Source: Malacoraja senta
Taxonomy: Eukaryota
Direction: 5' to 3'
DNA: 64,000 nt
Assembly (NCBI GenBank): GCA_038087875.1
Contig: CM075990.1
Location: forward strand, 15,874,001-15,938,000
How positions within the stretch are numbered: the first letter of the stretch is position 1; the number at the start of each line of letters is the position of its first letter. A model generated the notes under the pieces. It saw only the letters and a program-made list of their open reading frames with translations. It was not told where the DNA came from and did no database searches. Positions 38,951 through 51,440 of this stretch are shown here, one piece after another. Made by a program: the position numbers and the translations under genes.

Positions 38951-40731
38951 ATGTTCCCTTCAGAACCATTGACCCTTGGACAATAATTTCTGGTCCAACA
39001 TAGTTCCTTCTGCCGCGTGCCCAGAACTATATCCAACAAGACCAGAGTGGAAGTATAATTCTCTCCCATGGACTAGCAGCCTCGTGAGATAAAGACTTGG
39101 TCTTTCCTTGTCCTCTTGCGATTGAACTTTGGACCATTCATCACAACTTCTCATCTCCGACACGTGAAAAGCCTCAAGGACATTTACAGCAGAAGAGATC
39201 ATCAACAACAACCAGGAGGAGAGGAGAGATCAAATTATTTCCTTGCGCCTCTTATGCTGAACCTACATGGACACCCATGGTTATAAGTGTACACCACTTC
39301 CAAATTCCAAACCCCTCAACTTCAAAGGAACCAAATGCGTGACTTCAATGGAAGAGAACACAGCAGAACCAATATCATGTCAGACACATTCAGTGTAAGC
39401 AAACAAGAACAGATTTCTACCCCATCAAACACACCGCCCAAGAGAGTTGTCACTAAACATTAAGCTCGTCGTGGGATGGATTTCATTAACAGCCCGATGC
39501 CTCATTATTGTTTAGAGTTACTGCACTGTCAGATCTAACGTCAGAGATGTGGATGCATTAATATAGAATTACCAAATATATTATACACATCCAGAGCCCA
39601 AATAACTCATGCATAAATAATAAACATAAATTTGCATCTCACTCACGTCTCCTGACTTTAAATCAACATGAAGCAAGAAACCTTGAGAGTGTTTGACCCC
39701 CTAAACTAAACCCATACAACTAAAGAGGTTAGGAACAAGGAACTGCAGGTGCTGGTTACAAAAAAAGACACAAATTGCTGGAGTAACACAGCAGGTAAGG
39801 CAGCATCTCTTGAGTATATATTTAGGCAACGTTTTGGGTCAGTACCCTTCTTCAGACTTCCCCAGTCTGAAGAAGGGTCTTGAGCAGAAACGTCACCTAT
39901 CCATGTTCTCCAGTGATGTTGCCTCGCCCATAGAATTACTCCAGCACTTTATGTCTGGTTTCCAAGTAACCGAGTCATTTATTTCTTAAAAGGACACAAA
40001 GTGCTGGAGTAACTCAGCGGATCTGGCAGCATCTCTGGAGAACATGGATGGGTGATGTTTTGGGTCAGGACCCTTCTTCAGACCCACCATCTGCCAGATC
40101 TAACCAGCTTCTGCAGTTCTTTGTTTCTACATTTTATTTCTCGATTTTGAAAATAAAATCAGGTCGAAAGCCTTTCCCTTACTCACTCGGGTATCAACTT
40201 CAACTAGATCTTTCTCTCTGGTTAAATTGATAAAGTTCGCTACTTAAAACAGACAACAACACAAAGGGCTAATAGAAAACCAAGCCAAGCTTTACTCAAT
40301 TGGTCATGACGGAGGTGGCGGGGACCAGTACAGAGAGTTTACCAATACACTCAGTGCTCCCCGAGTAGCCACCCAAAGATACAGAGTTTCACAATTTCTT
40401 ATATATGCTTTTAGTTAATAGACATTATAATTTATCATTTTGAAAGAGTTAAAGTCACCAAAATTGTTTCAAATAGTGTTTGTTATTTAGATAAGCACCA
40501 TTAATGGCAGATATTGGGGGAATAATGTGTGAAAAACAAAGACAGGAGGAACTCTGGTTCAGGCTGTATTTGTGGAAGGAAGACCTGGGCATCTTCAGAC
40601 AGGCAGCTTCCAGCCAGCAACCTTGGTGAACTAGAGTCGACAAACAATCTTCAAAGATAGACACAAAATGCTGCAGTAACTCAGTAGGACAGGCAGCATC
40701 TCTGCAGAGAATGAATGTGTGTCGTTTCGGG

Positions 40732-41121
40732 CAAAGATCCTATAGCGGAGCAAGATAGACCACTCCTTCTAAATGCAATGGGCTGACGTGTAGTACGCAA
40801 CAGAGCGGAACGTGGGCCTTTTTTTCATCCATTTCCATAACCGGAACCGACCCGCAGTGTAATCAACGTTGCGGGGGAACAGTTTGTGTTAATAAATTAA
40901 AATTCTGAAAATGAGGAGAAGATTTTTACCAAATAACTTTTATTTTTTCGAGGATGTTTCCGTAACCGGCTTCCGTCTCCGCACTAGTATCCTATGGGAT
41001 CTTTGGTGTGGAGACGGAAGCCGGTTACGGAAATGGGGCCTTAAATTACCCATGAATCTGCCCATGACCGTACTACATCTTTTTCGTCGAGTGGACTATC
41101 TTGCTCGCTATAGGATCTTTG
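40732..41121. mobile_element. Second hAT-like copy (opposite orientation)
   Basis: Same TIRs and interior as 14648-15051. 8-bp TSD GTTTCGGG at 40724-40731 and 41122-41129. Confidence 0.9.
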
Positions 41122-42924
41122 GTTTCGGGTCGAGACCTTTCCTCAGACTGCGAGTCAGGGGAAATGGAGGCTAGAGATATGGAGGGGTAAGGTGTGAAAA
41201 CGACAGATCAAAGCAGTCGGTGATCAAGGAAATGTAGAATGGTTCATTATTAGCTGAGGGGAAGGTGACTATGAGGCATACAATCAGTAAAATAATCAGA
41301 AGGACAGTGAAACTAGTCGTAGAACTAGTGGGGGAGGGATGGAGAGAGAGGGATAGCAAGGATTTCTTGAAGTTAGAGAAATCAATATTCATACCGCTGG
41401 GTTGTAAGCTGCACTAGTGAAATATGAGGTGTTGTTTTTCAAGAAGGGTCTCGACCTGAAATGTCATCCATTCCTTCTCGCCAGGGATGCTGCCTGTCCC
41501 GCTGAGTTACTCCAGCATTTTGTGTCCATCTTCGGTGTAAACCAGCATCTGCAGTTCTTTCCTACACATTTTGTTGGGGAGGGAGCGTAACTGATCCCAA
41601 GCTGGCAGCAGGGATTTACACAGGCAAGACACACAGCGGGCTGGAGCAGCAACCAGAAATAGCACACCATGTCAGAGGCTGCAGACTAACCATATGGGCT
41701 AGTGAGAGCTTTCTCCTCCCCCAGACCCAAGCTTAATTCACCCTGACAGTTCTCGCTGGTAGTAAATGTGGCTAAACTGGAAATATTCCTTTCTCTTTGG
41801 CAACGTGCAACTTTTTCAAGCTGTGCTTCATTAACCCACTGATCAAGGGCTATGTCAGCCATGGGTCCACCTTAACAGACTTGCCTATTCTGCACCAAAA
41901 TTAACCACAAGTGTTAGGTTTAGGAAATTTAAAGAACAGAAAAAGCTGGAGCTACTCAGCAGGTCAGGCAGCATCTCTGGAGAAGGAACAAAGTCAATGA
42001 TTCAGGTCAATGACTTTCATTTGAATGTATGATCTAAAATGTTAATCCTTTTCTCACTGCTTAATGTAGCCTGACCTGGCAGGTATTTGCTGCATTTTAA
42101 TTTTTTACAGATTTAGTTGAGAGGATACATTTATTGTTACTTTCCTTTTATAAGATCAAGAGGACCATAAGACATAGGAGCAAAATTAGGCCATTCAGCC
42201 ATTCAATTATGGACTATCCTGGTTCTGACTTTGCTGGCTTTACCTTGCACTAAACGTTATTCCGTTATCATGTATCGATACAATGTAAATGGCTTGATTG
42301 TCATCATGTATTCTCTTTCCACTGACTGGATAGCACCCAACAAAAGCTTTTCACTGTACCTCGGTACACGTGACAATAAACTAAAGTGAACTGATGATAC
42401 CAGAGTGCAGAATATAGTGTTATTGCATTGGAGCATTAAAGTTACAGTGTAAAATCTTTTTTTCCCTCTTGACCCCCTACTCCTGCCTTGGCCACAATGA
42501 CGCTCTTCCTCATCAAGAACCTATCAATCTCTGCTTTAAAAATACCCAATGTCTTGGCCTCCACATCCATCTATGGCAATGAATGCAACAGTCTCCCCAC
42601 CCTCAGACTAAACAAATTCCTCATCTTCTCCATTTTGAAAATACATCCTTTCATTCGGAGGATGTGCCCTCTGGTTCTAGACTCTCCCATTACTGAAAAC
42701 ATCCTTTCCACATCCTTATTGTTGAATGGAAGCCATGAAAGACAGACCTGCACATGTGCAATTGTCCAGCAGAATCTCAGAAACACCTCTGTGCTTTACA
42801 TTGCTGAATGCAATCCTTGCGCGAACACAGAAGCAGCAGCCAATTGAGCACACAATGTCCCACAAATTGCTGAGAGGAGTTAATCTGATCTAGATGGTAG
42901 CACCAGAAAGATGATGCCAGAACA

Positions 42925-43217
42925 GGCGGCACGGTGGCGCAGCGGTAGAGTTGCTGCCTTACAGCGCCAGAGACCCGGGTTCAATCCTGACTACGGGTGC
43001 TGTCTGTACATCCTCCCCGTGACCTGTGTGGGTTTTCTCCAGGGTCTCCGGTTTCCTCCCACGCTCCAAAGACGTGCAGGTTTGTAGGTTAAGTTGCTTG
43101 GTATAACTGTCAATTGTCCCGAGTGTGTGTAGGATAGCGTTAGTGTGCGGGGATCGCTGGTTGGCGCAGATTCGGTGGGCTGAAGGGCCTGTTTCCACGC
43201 TGTATCTCTAAACTAAA
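42925..43217 (+). mobile_element. V-SINE (HE1-like), reference copy
   Basis: GGCGGCACGGTGGCGCAGCGGTAGAG (A box), GGTTCAATCC (B box), GTGGGTTTTCTCC…CCGGTTTCCTCCCAC…CCAAAGAC V-domain, CR1-like tail. Confidence 0.9.
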
Positions 43218-45877
43218 GAACACTTTTTATCTTGCAACATTTCATATTACCCAAACCCTATTGGACCGGGCAGCTGTAATACCTCAGTACTGGAGTTTAT
43301 CATTTATTGGTTTATTATTGTCATGTGTACAGAGGTATAATGAAAAGATTTGTTTGCATGCAATACAGTTAAATCATTTTATACATCAAGCCACAAAGTA
43401 CAACAGGTATTGCAAAGAGAACAATACCCGAGTTCAAGATATAGTGTGAGAGCATTGTACCGTTACAGTGAACAGGTGTAAGGTGCACAATAATATAGGC
43501 TGCAATCTGCACTGGGAAACAGGATTAGTGTAGATGGGCAATTGATGGTAAGCGTAGACATGGTGGGTACGAGAGCTTCTCTCCATGCTACGTGACACCA
43601 GATCGGTATCATTAATGTGCAACACTGCCGGAATACTGAATGTACAGTCTCACATTCTGGGAGAAATGAAAGCCTAGAGTTTCCAAGCAAGAGTACGACC
43701 TCACAGCTGAGCTGACACCAATTAACTCTGCTCACTAATCTTGTGTGTTAACTCCGCAATCCATTCTCTGTGCCTTTTTCCCCCCCAAATGTAATTAGAG
43801 AGACGAGAAGAAATGTTCCAAACTTAAAACAGCACCAAGATCCATATTCCAGTGTTCAAGCTCTCTCGGCTAAATGTGCTTAGAATACAAGCAATATTGA
43901 TGTTGCTCTCATTTCACCTCTTGGACTGTTTACTGTTCACAGAAAAAAAAAACCTGCCATTCTGTCTAAATGTATTTTTCACTAATCTACTTGTAATGAG
44001 TTGTGGTGTGGCTGACAGGGAAGGTGCCTCTCTCTGTCCAGCTCAGTGCCTTGTTTACTGGCACAAGGGTAGACAATTCAATGGAGATTTTTAAGGCAGA
44101 GATAGATAGATTCTTGATTAGTAAGGGTGTCAGGGGTTATGGGAAGAAGACAGGAGAATGGAGTTAGGAGGGAGAGATAGATCAGCCATGATTGAATGTC
44201 GGAGTAGACTCGATGGGCCAAATGGCCTAATTCTGCTCCTATCACTTCTGACATGACAGAGCTGGGGGTGAGCCTGACGACTGTGCCTCCCCCTTTACCT
44301 GTCACGATAAAAAGCAATACTTTTACAAAATGTACTTAATTAAATATGAATCAAAATTGGACCTGTCGAACGCATGTTGCATAATTTGCATTGTATTTAA
44401 ATGCATGTATTTAATTTTCATAAAACCATTGACATTATGTGATCCAATACATCGGAGGTGGGTGGGTTGTATAATTTATGACAAAGTTTCATGTCCTTCA
44501 AACAAAGTGAAGTTACCCAGTAAACAAACTCTGTTTAAGGAGAGGAGAAAGCTACAAGATTTCTCCCAATAATAGCATGATAATTACACTAGAACAAAAT
44601 GCAGTTAGTGGAGGATATTTAGATATTAATCATGACATTATATCATTATGGACATCTAATTTAATTGACGGGGGAAATCACCCCATTATCTCAACTTTTC
44701 TTGGCTAAAGCATTGCCAACACACAGCCTTAATGATACCAGCATAGTCCTTGTCCACAGCACCAGACCAGAAATGTCAACTACCCCTTTGTCTGCACAGA
44801 TGCTGCTTAACCCACTGAGTTTCTCAAACAGTTTGTTTTCTTTGAACACAAAATACTGGAGTAACTCATCCGATCAGTCAGGCATCTTTGGAGGACATGG
44901 ATAGGTGGCGTTTCAGGTTGGGACTCAACAGATTCCCCTTGAATATTACAAAGGGTCCCCACACAAAACATCACCTATCCATGTCCTCCAAAGATGCCTG
45001 ACTGACCCACTGAATTACTCCAGCACTTTGCGTTCTACACAATATTCCAGCATCTGCAATCTTTGGCATCCCCCTAGTTTACGGGCAATTTTGAAATGCA
45101 ACACATATGGAAACGACTGCAACTTTCCTTTTCTCTAAGAGTCGAAAACCAGAGCAAAGCAGTGAAAAAACTGGGACCTGACCCTCTTTCCCCCCTTTGT
45201 CACTCTGACCCAATGAGGATTATAAAAGAATGTCGCCTGTGCTTTATAATACTCAGCGAATGATGTTCTCCAGAGACAGAAGGTTCAAGCTGTGCTCCAG
45301 AGACTTGAATACAATGATATGGGGCAGTACAGTGCCTCTACCTCATTATGACAGTGATGCCGGTTCAATTCTGACCTCGGGTGCCGCTCGTGTGGAGTTT
45401 GCACATTCCCGGTGTGACTACATGGGTTTACTTCGGATACCCCGGTTTCCACCCACATCCCAAAGACGTGTAAATTGGTAACTGACCACAGTGAATTGCC
45501 CGAGTATGTGGGTAAGTGATAGAATCTGAGAGGGGTGGTTGTGACAGAATTTGTTGAGAATATGGAGAGAATGTGGGGAGAAGGCAGGAGAATGGGGTTG
45601 AGAGGGAAAGATAGATCTGCCTTGATTGAATGGCGGAGTTGACTTGATGGGCCGAATGGCCGAATTCTGTTCCTCTGACATGAAGAATAAAAATGGGGCT
45701 TATGTAGGACTGGTTGGCATAGACCCGGTGGATTGGTTCTCTCTGTGACAATGTCTAGGCAGACCGTCCAGTGAAATCGTGAGGGAGATCTGTGTCCTAC
45801 ACACCAGATGTGGAACAGAAGCCCCACAAGGTGCGGCAGTGAATGTGAAAGACCCCTCTAGCACAGCACTGTGAAGT

Positions 45878-46145
45878 ATCTTCCCAGCTGTTATCAGGCA
45901 ACTGAACCATCCTACCGCCACCAGAGAGCAGTCCTGAACTAGTATCTACCTCACTGGTGACCCTTGGACTATCTTTGATCGGACCTTACTGGCCTAACCT
46001 TGCTCTAAACGTTATTCCCTTATCATGTATCTGTACACTGCAAATGGCTCATTTGTGATCACGCCTTGTCTTTCGGCTGGCTGGATAGCACGCAATTAAG
46101 ATTTTGACTGTTCCTCGGTGCATATGACACTAAACTAAACTGAAC
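45878..46145 (+). mobile_element. Rex/Babar-like LINE 3' end
   Basis: FPAVIRQLN end of ORF plus the shared 3' UTR. Confidence 0.7.
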
Positions 46146-46547
46146 AGAAAATGAACGCAGGTATCCTCAGAGTTCTTGATTGGTAAGGGTGTCAGGGGTT
46201 ATGGGGGGGGGGGGCAGGAATGGGATGTAGAGGAAAAGGTAGATCAGCCATGATTGAGTGGTGGGGTAGGTTGGTTGGATGGACCGAATGGCCTACTTCT
46301 GCTCCTCTGACTCATGAACTCAGGAGTTCTGACCAGCAGTTATCCCTCAGTACAGAAGTCTAAGCAGTCTACCTGGACATTATTATCTCATTGCAACTTG
46401 TGTCATCTTGCTGTGCCAAAACGGGCTGCCTTGTTAATTGAATTAGTCACAAAATCTAGACCGCTTTGAGGCGACCTGCGAATGGGACGTGACAGGCGCT
46501 ACAGAAATGCAAGCGTTTCTTCTTCCAGCGCTCCAATTGAACTGTGT

Positions 46548-46748
46548 AGGAAGGAACTGCAGAGGCTGGTTTAAACCGAAGATGGACACAAAATGCTGGA
46601 GTAACTCAGCGGGACAGGGAGCATCTCTGTTTGGAAGGGATTGGGATTGAAGTCTGAAGAAGGGTCTCGACCCGAAACGTCGCCCGTTCCTTGTCTCCAG
46701 AGACGCTGCCTGTCCCGCTGAGTTGCTCCAGCAATTTGTGTCTATCTC
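46548..46748. mobile_element. Fold-back pair of Penelope terminal repeats with an intact hammerhead-like core (46651-46684, +)
   Basis: Inverted arms; AGTCTGAAGAAGGGTCTCGACCCGAAACGTC. Confidence 0.75.
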
Positions 46749-47808
46749 CAACTGAACTGTGTTGTGCCGCTCGCCTGTTTGAAGAGGCTGGAGGAGGAAA
46801 CACACACACACACTGCGCGCTCGCCATGGAGGGAGCGCATCAGAGATCTCTCCACATACAGGCTGGGCTCACCTGCAATGAGCGTTTGGTTTCTCAGCGG
46901 GTGACGATCTGGGTCAAGGTCTCCAACCCAAAGAGCCTAGAGCAGCGCTGGGGGGTGTGGAAGCGTTGGAGATACCACCTTCGCAATGTTTATTTCTACC
47001 ACAGGGCACATTCCCCCCCCCCCCCCCCCCACCCCTCAGATCTGCCCGACACATAGAACAAGACAGGGAAATACACCCCGGGAGCTGTCCCACACCGGCG
47101 CACACATTCAATGGGTCCCGACCTGACCTGATCCACAGGTTCGCCCCCACCAGAGTGTGCAGGCTCTGTGGCCGCCGGTCACCCAGCCCATCCCCTCCCT
47201 CACAAACCCCTCTCCCACCACATTCACCCCTCTCGGCAAGCAGCTATCACAATTCCGTTTATTGACACCAGCACAAAGAAAAACTATTTTTATAACAAGC
47301 AACCTGCTGCATATTGTACAGGCGACGAGGAGACACAGCAACACCTCAAGTTGATGGGGTCAGCCGGAGAATGTTCATAGTGTACAGCCTTGTGGGGCCG
47401 AGTGGAGCCTATACCTAGAGCCCATCCTTATAGACACATCGCAAAGGAGCAGGAGCGGGCCACTCGGTCCCTCGATCCTACCCCATCCATCGACATGAAC
47501 ATGGCTTGTTTACACCAGGCCTCTTATGTTCCCGGTTCCCACAGCCATAGAGATGCAGAGCATGGAAGCAGGCCACTCGGCCCATTCCCGTCCACTAGTC
47601 TAGTTCAATTTGGCCCCATTGCCCTCGACACACCCTCCCACTCCGTATCTGTGCCCAGAGCCTCTGGAACTTTTCAATCCAGGAATCATCTCACCCCAAT
47701 GTAGAAGGTGGGAGAGAGGGGTGGACGGGGAGGGGGCGAGGGGGAAGGGTTGGGGGAGAGTGGGGAGGGGGGGGGGAAGGGGATTCCAGGGGGGGGGAGG
47801 GGGGTTAC

Positions 47809-48048
47809 CTTGCTCTTGAAGCCGCAGTGGCAACAGACGGCCCACAAGTACTGAACGGTTCTCCACACCAAGATGATGAAGAGTCCTCCGAAGAAGGTGA
47901 CCATCGAGGAGGCGAGGAAAGCCCACCACATGCGCTGGTCGCTGCTGTCACAGATCATCTCGGCGTCGATGGGGATGATGACGGGTTCCATGTTGAACAC
48001 GGTGTTGTCTCTTCTGGAGGACGCGTTGGCCCGGGCCATGGTTAGCAT
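47809..48048 (-). CDS. KCNMA1: First coding exon of a BK/Slo1 calcium-activated potassium channel alpha subunit (N-terminus, S0 helix, CCHC cluster)
   Basis: Translates to ...[61 protein letters not shown], matching vertebrate Slo1 MDALIIPV...[38 protein letters not shown]. Ends at a phase-0 donor AAG|GTAA (GT at 47808-47807), the expected exon-1 boundary. Family is secure; orthology versus a paralog is less certain. Confidence 0.9.
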
Positions 48049-48720
48049 GGGGACAGACAGGGCGAGAGGCAGTCGCGCCTCTCCGCCCGGCTCACGGCCA
48101 TGCTAGCCGTACCTAGAGGGGCCGAAGAGCCGGGGGAGGAGGAGGGAGAGCGGGGAGGAGGAAAGGAAGAGGGGGGAGGGGAAGGGAAGAGGGGTTGCAA
48201 ACAAACAGCCTCCCCTCCTCGCCGTGTAAAATCCTTCCCTCCAACAGAAAGGAATCTCGCCTCAGCCTCAGCCTCTGCCTCTGCCTGTCACTGACGCAAG
48301 AATCGATTAATAATCTCCAGCGCAAATTCCCCTTCAAATCAGGTTTATAATCCAGGGAAAGAGAGTCAACCAAACTGCTTCCTTCCTTCTGGCTGCTCGG
48401 GGAAGGAGTATTTGTGGAGGCGGCGCTCTGCCCGTCTCCTCCGCTGAGCGATGGGTGGCGGTGAGTCTTGCCCAGCCGTGTCTCAGTCACACACACACGC
48501 ACGGGCGGCGATCCCAGGTGAAGCCGTGTTATTTGGCCGGGACAGAGGCGGGGCTGGACGGGTGCACAGATAGTCAGCGACCTGCTCTTCTTCCTCCCCC
48601 TCTCTCACACTCCCTCTCCCCCTCTTTCTCTTTCTCTGCCAACCAGCGACTGCTTCAGCTCGTATTCGTGACGCAGCGCAAGATAGGTGGCATCATTTTA
48701 AGCCTCTCGTCCCAATTCCA
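47820..48720. promoter_or_regulatory. CpG/GC-rich 5' region (probable promoter/5'UTR)
   Basis: Visibly high CpG and GC content against a CpG-poor background. Minus-strand TATAAA at 48349-48344. TGACGCA CRE-like half sites at 48292 and 48669. Individual motifs are unverified. Confidence 0.6.
48042..48101 (-). other. Upstream ORF, 19 codons ([19 protein letters not shown])
   Basis: ATG at 48101 in AGCATGG context, out of frame with the CDS; TAA stop at 48044-48042. Confidence 0.6.
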
Positions 48721-48734
48721 TCCTCTGGCGGATA

Positions 48735-48776
48735 AACACACACACACACACACAGACACAGACACACACAGACACA

Positions 48777-48830
<54 letters not shown>

Positions 48831-48833
48831 CAC
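48735..48833. repeat. (CA)n/(CAGACA)n microsatellite
   Basis: Seen directly. Confidence 0.95.
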
Positions 48834-49138
48834 AAGACCCTGCTCCCCTCTATAAACCGAGCCCTCATTTTTTTCTACATTTCATCCTCAGGTTTAAAAA
48901 ATGACACAATCTCCTCCTATTCAGGCGATCTGTTGCGTTTGATTCTGCTACTGCTCCCCCACCCCCCCCCCCTCTCCCCTCCCCTCCTCTCCCCTCCCCT
49001 CCTCAACAGCGCCGACTCCAACGCCGAGCACAGATGGTGTGGGTTTGAATTAGAGGTGGCTGTGTTAATACCATGTAGTACCATGTTACATGTAGCCGGG
49101 CGGAGAGGGAGACACAGAGAGAGGAGCGGGGTGGGTGG

Positions 49139-49203
49139 TGTAATACAGTGTAATACAGTGTATTACAGTGTAATACAGTGTAATACAGTGTAATACAGTG
49201 TAA
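49139..49203. repeat. (TGTAATACAG)n decamer tandem repeat, ~6 units
   Basis: Seen directly; one unit is TGTATTACAG. Confidence 0.9.
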
Positions 49204-50870
49204 CCCCCCCCCCCTAAATACTCTAATCGGATGAGTTGCAGGGCATGTATCTCCTCTCAATACCCAGGGAGGGAGGGGGATCAGCATTTAATTTACGTTT
49301 AATAGACTAACAATCGTGAAGTGCGGACACCAGCCATTGCTCACGCTGAACCAATGGGTTGACTGTGCCGTGAGATGCGATGTTTACCAAACGGATGGAG
49401 ACACAGTCGATGCTGGAATCTGGAGCGAAGATACACCCACAAAGTCAGGCAGCATCTGTGGAGGGAAATGGACCGGAGGAGATTCTCATCGTGATGGGGC
49501 AGAGGGGAGATGGTTGGTGAGGGGAGGAGGAGAGGAGGGGGAGAGGAGGTGAGGGGAGGAGAGCCTATTCTCGGGGAGTGCCAGCTGGTTCTTGCCCCCC
49601 GTCCCTCGGGGAGACCCGATGGAAAATGTAACATTATGAGAGGTGAAGACAGGGTAAACAGTCGGAACCCTTTTCACCAAGATGGAAATGTCAAAGACTA
49701 GTGGGCATGTCTTTAAGCTGAGAGGGGCAAGGTTTAATGATGAGCGTGGCAAGTTTTGTTTCACCCACTGGGCGCCTGGAGCTCGCTGCCAGAGGTGGTG
49801 CTGGAAGCAGATAAGATAGTGGTGGTGTTCAAGAGACTTTTTAACTAAGTATGTGGATATGCAGGGAATTGGGGATATGCATCGCATGCAGGCAGAGGAG
49901 GCAATGGCATAATGTTCAGCTCAAACACCAAGTACCGAAGCGCCTGTTCCTGCTCCGTGTTGTTCTATGTATCAGCTTTCTCCCCTCTACTTCATTAGTC
50001 TGAAGAAGGGATCCATTCCCTCCTCAGATGCTGCCCGACCTCCTGAGTTCCTCCAGCACTTTGTATTCAATATCCCAAGGGGTTATTAGGCGGCTTGGAT
50101 ACAAGTTGCTGTACAACTAGGATTCCATGTTGCAATCAATGGCCTCTCCTCAGAAGACTAACATGCTTGGTTCCCATTAGTAACAAGGTCCCAATTCTCC
50201 CGTCAGGAACTGGCGACGGAGCCGGGCTTTAAAGGGAAGGAGATTTAAATCTCACATGGTATTGAAAGGTTGTAACGGCGACCGACTTCATCTTTCCAAT
50301 CCGCTTTGTGAGTTAACACGGGTTTAAGTTTTTAACAAAAAATATTCACCCATCACGTTACGCATCTAGAAATATATATATATTTTTAAAACGATGGGTT
50401 TTACTCTTTTTAAAGTATTGTAGTTCCACGACAACATTGACAGAAACAAGGCTCTGAACTAAAAGTTCAGCTGTAAAATGAAAATGACAGACTGTTGATG
50501 CACGATTATAAACGGTGACTCCAATGTCCTTCAGCAAAGAAAAATGGCCCATGCATTGGTAGTTTCTGGAAGCAATATGATTTTGTAACTCATGCTTGGA
50601 ATATTCAGTTCCATGTCAGTAATGAATTGGAAGGTGGAGACTGGGAGCGCGTCTTGTGTACAAGACATCACCAACTGGTACAGTGTCATTACCACCCTCT
50701 GGTGGCGGCGATGGGGTTTACAAAGTGTGTTCCACGTCTACATGGAGTGTGTGAGGTTGCAGCCCCTGTTCCAATAACTAAAGGGGCTGCTCCTTGCCTT
50801 CTGGCTGCACTTCACACCCACCATCCTCGTCTTTGGACACCCTGTGCGGAGGGGAACGGGTGGAGCTGAG

Positions 50871-51440
50871 AAAGCTGGAGTAACTCAGCGAGACAGGCAG
50901 CATCTCTGGAGAGAAGGAATGGGTGACATCTCGGGTCAAGACCCAGCTTCAGACTGAGTCATGGGAGAGGAAACTAGAGATATGGAAGGATAAGGTGTGA
51001 AAACGACAGATAAAAGCAGACGATGTTCAAGGAAATGTAGAATGGTTCATTGTTAGCTGGGTGGGGGGGGGAGAGAGGTGACATGGAGGCATACAATCAG
51101 TAAAATTAATCGGGAGGACAGTGAAACTAAGTGGAGAACTAGGATGGGGAGGGACAGAGAGAGGGGAAAAGCAAGGGTTACAATGTTAGAGAAATCAACA
51201 CTCATACTGCTGGGGTGTAAGCTGCCCAAGCAAAATATGAGGTGCTGTTCCTCCAATTTGCATTGGGTCACACTCTGACAATGGAGGAGGCTCAGGACAG
51301 AAAGTTCAGTGTGGGAAGGGGAGATAAAGTGTTTGGCAACCGGGAGATTGGATAGGCCTAGGCAGACTGAGTGGAGGTGTCCAGCGAAACGATCGCCGAG
51401 TCTGCGCTTGGTTTCGCCGATATATAGAAGTCCACATTTA
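50871..51440 (-). mobile_element. Penelope-like element 3' fragment
   Basis: KCGLLYIGETKRRLGDRFAGHL…PVAKHF…EEQHLIFCLGSLHP (YIG motif of GIY-YIG) plus terminal repeat. Confidence 0.85.

Larger units (their letters stand above)
1..47808 (-). other. Intron 1 of the Slo1-type gene (continues beyond window start)
   Basis: Follows the GT donor. No exon-2 peptide (…EVGWMTSVKDWAG…) seen in the ORF track or by eye. The region is repeat-filled. Confidence 0.75.

Noticed and set aside
42925..43000. tRNA gene
   Set aside because: A/B boxes belong to a SINE head that runs into the V-domain; no full cloverleaf or terminator.
47686..47808. Proline-rich C-terminal part of the 120-aa ORF
   Set aside because: Read-through into the intron after the AAG|GTAA donor.
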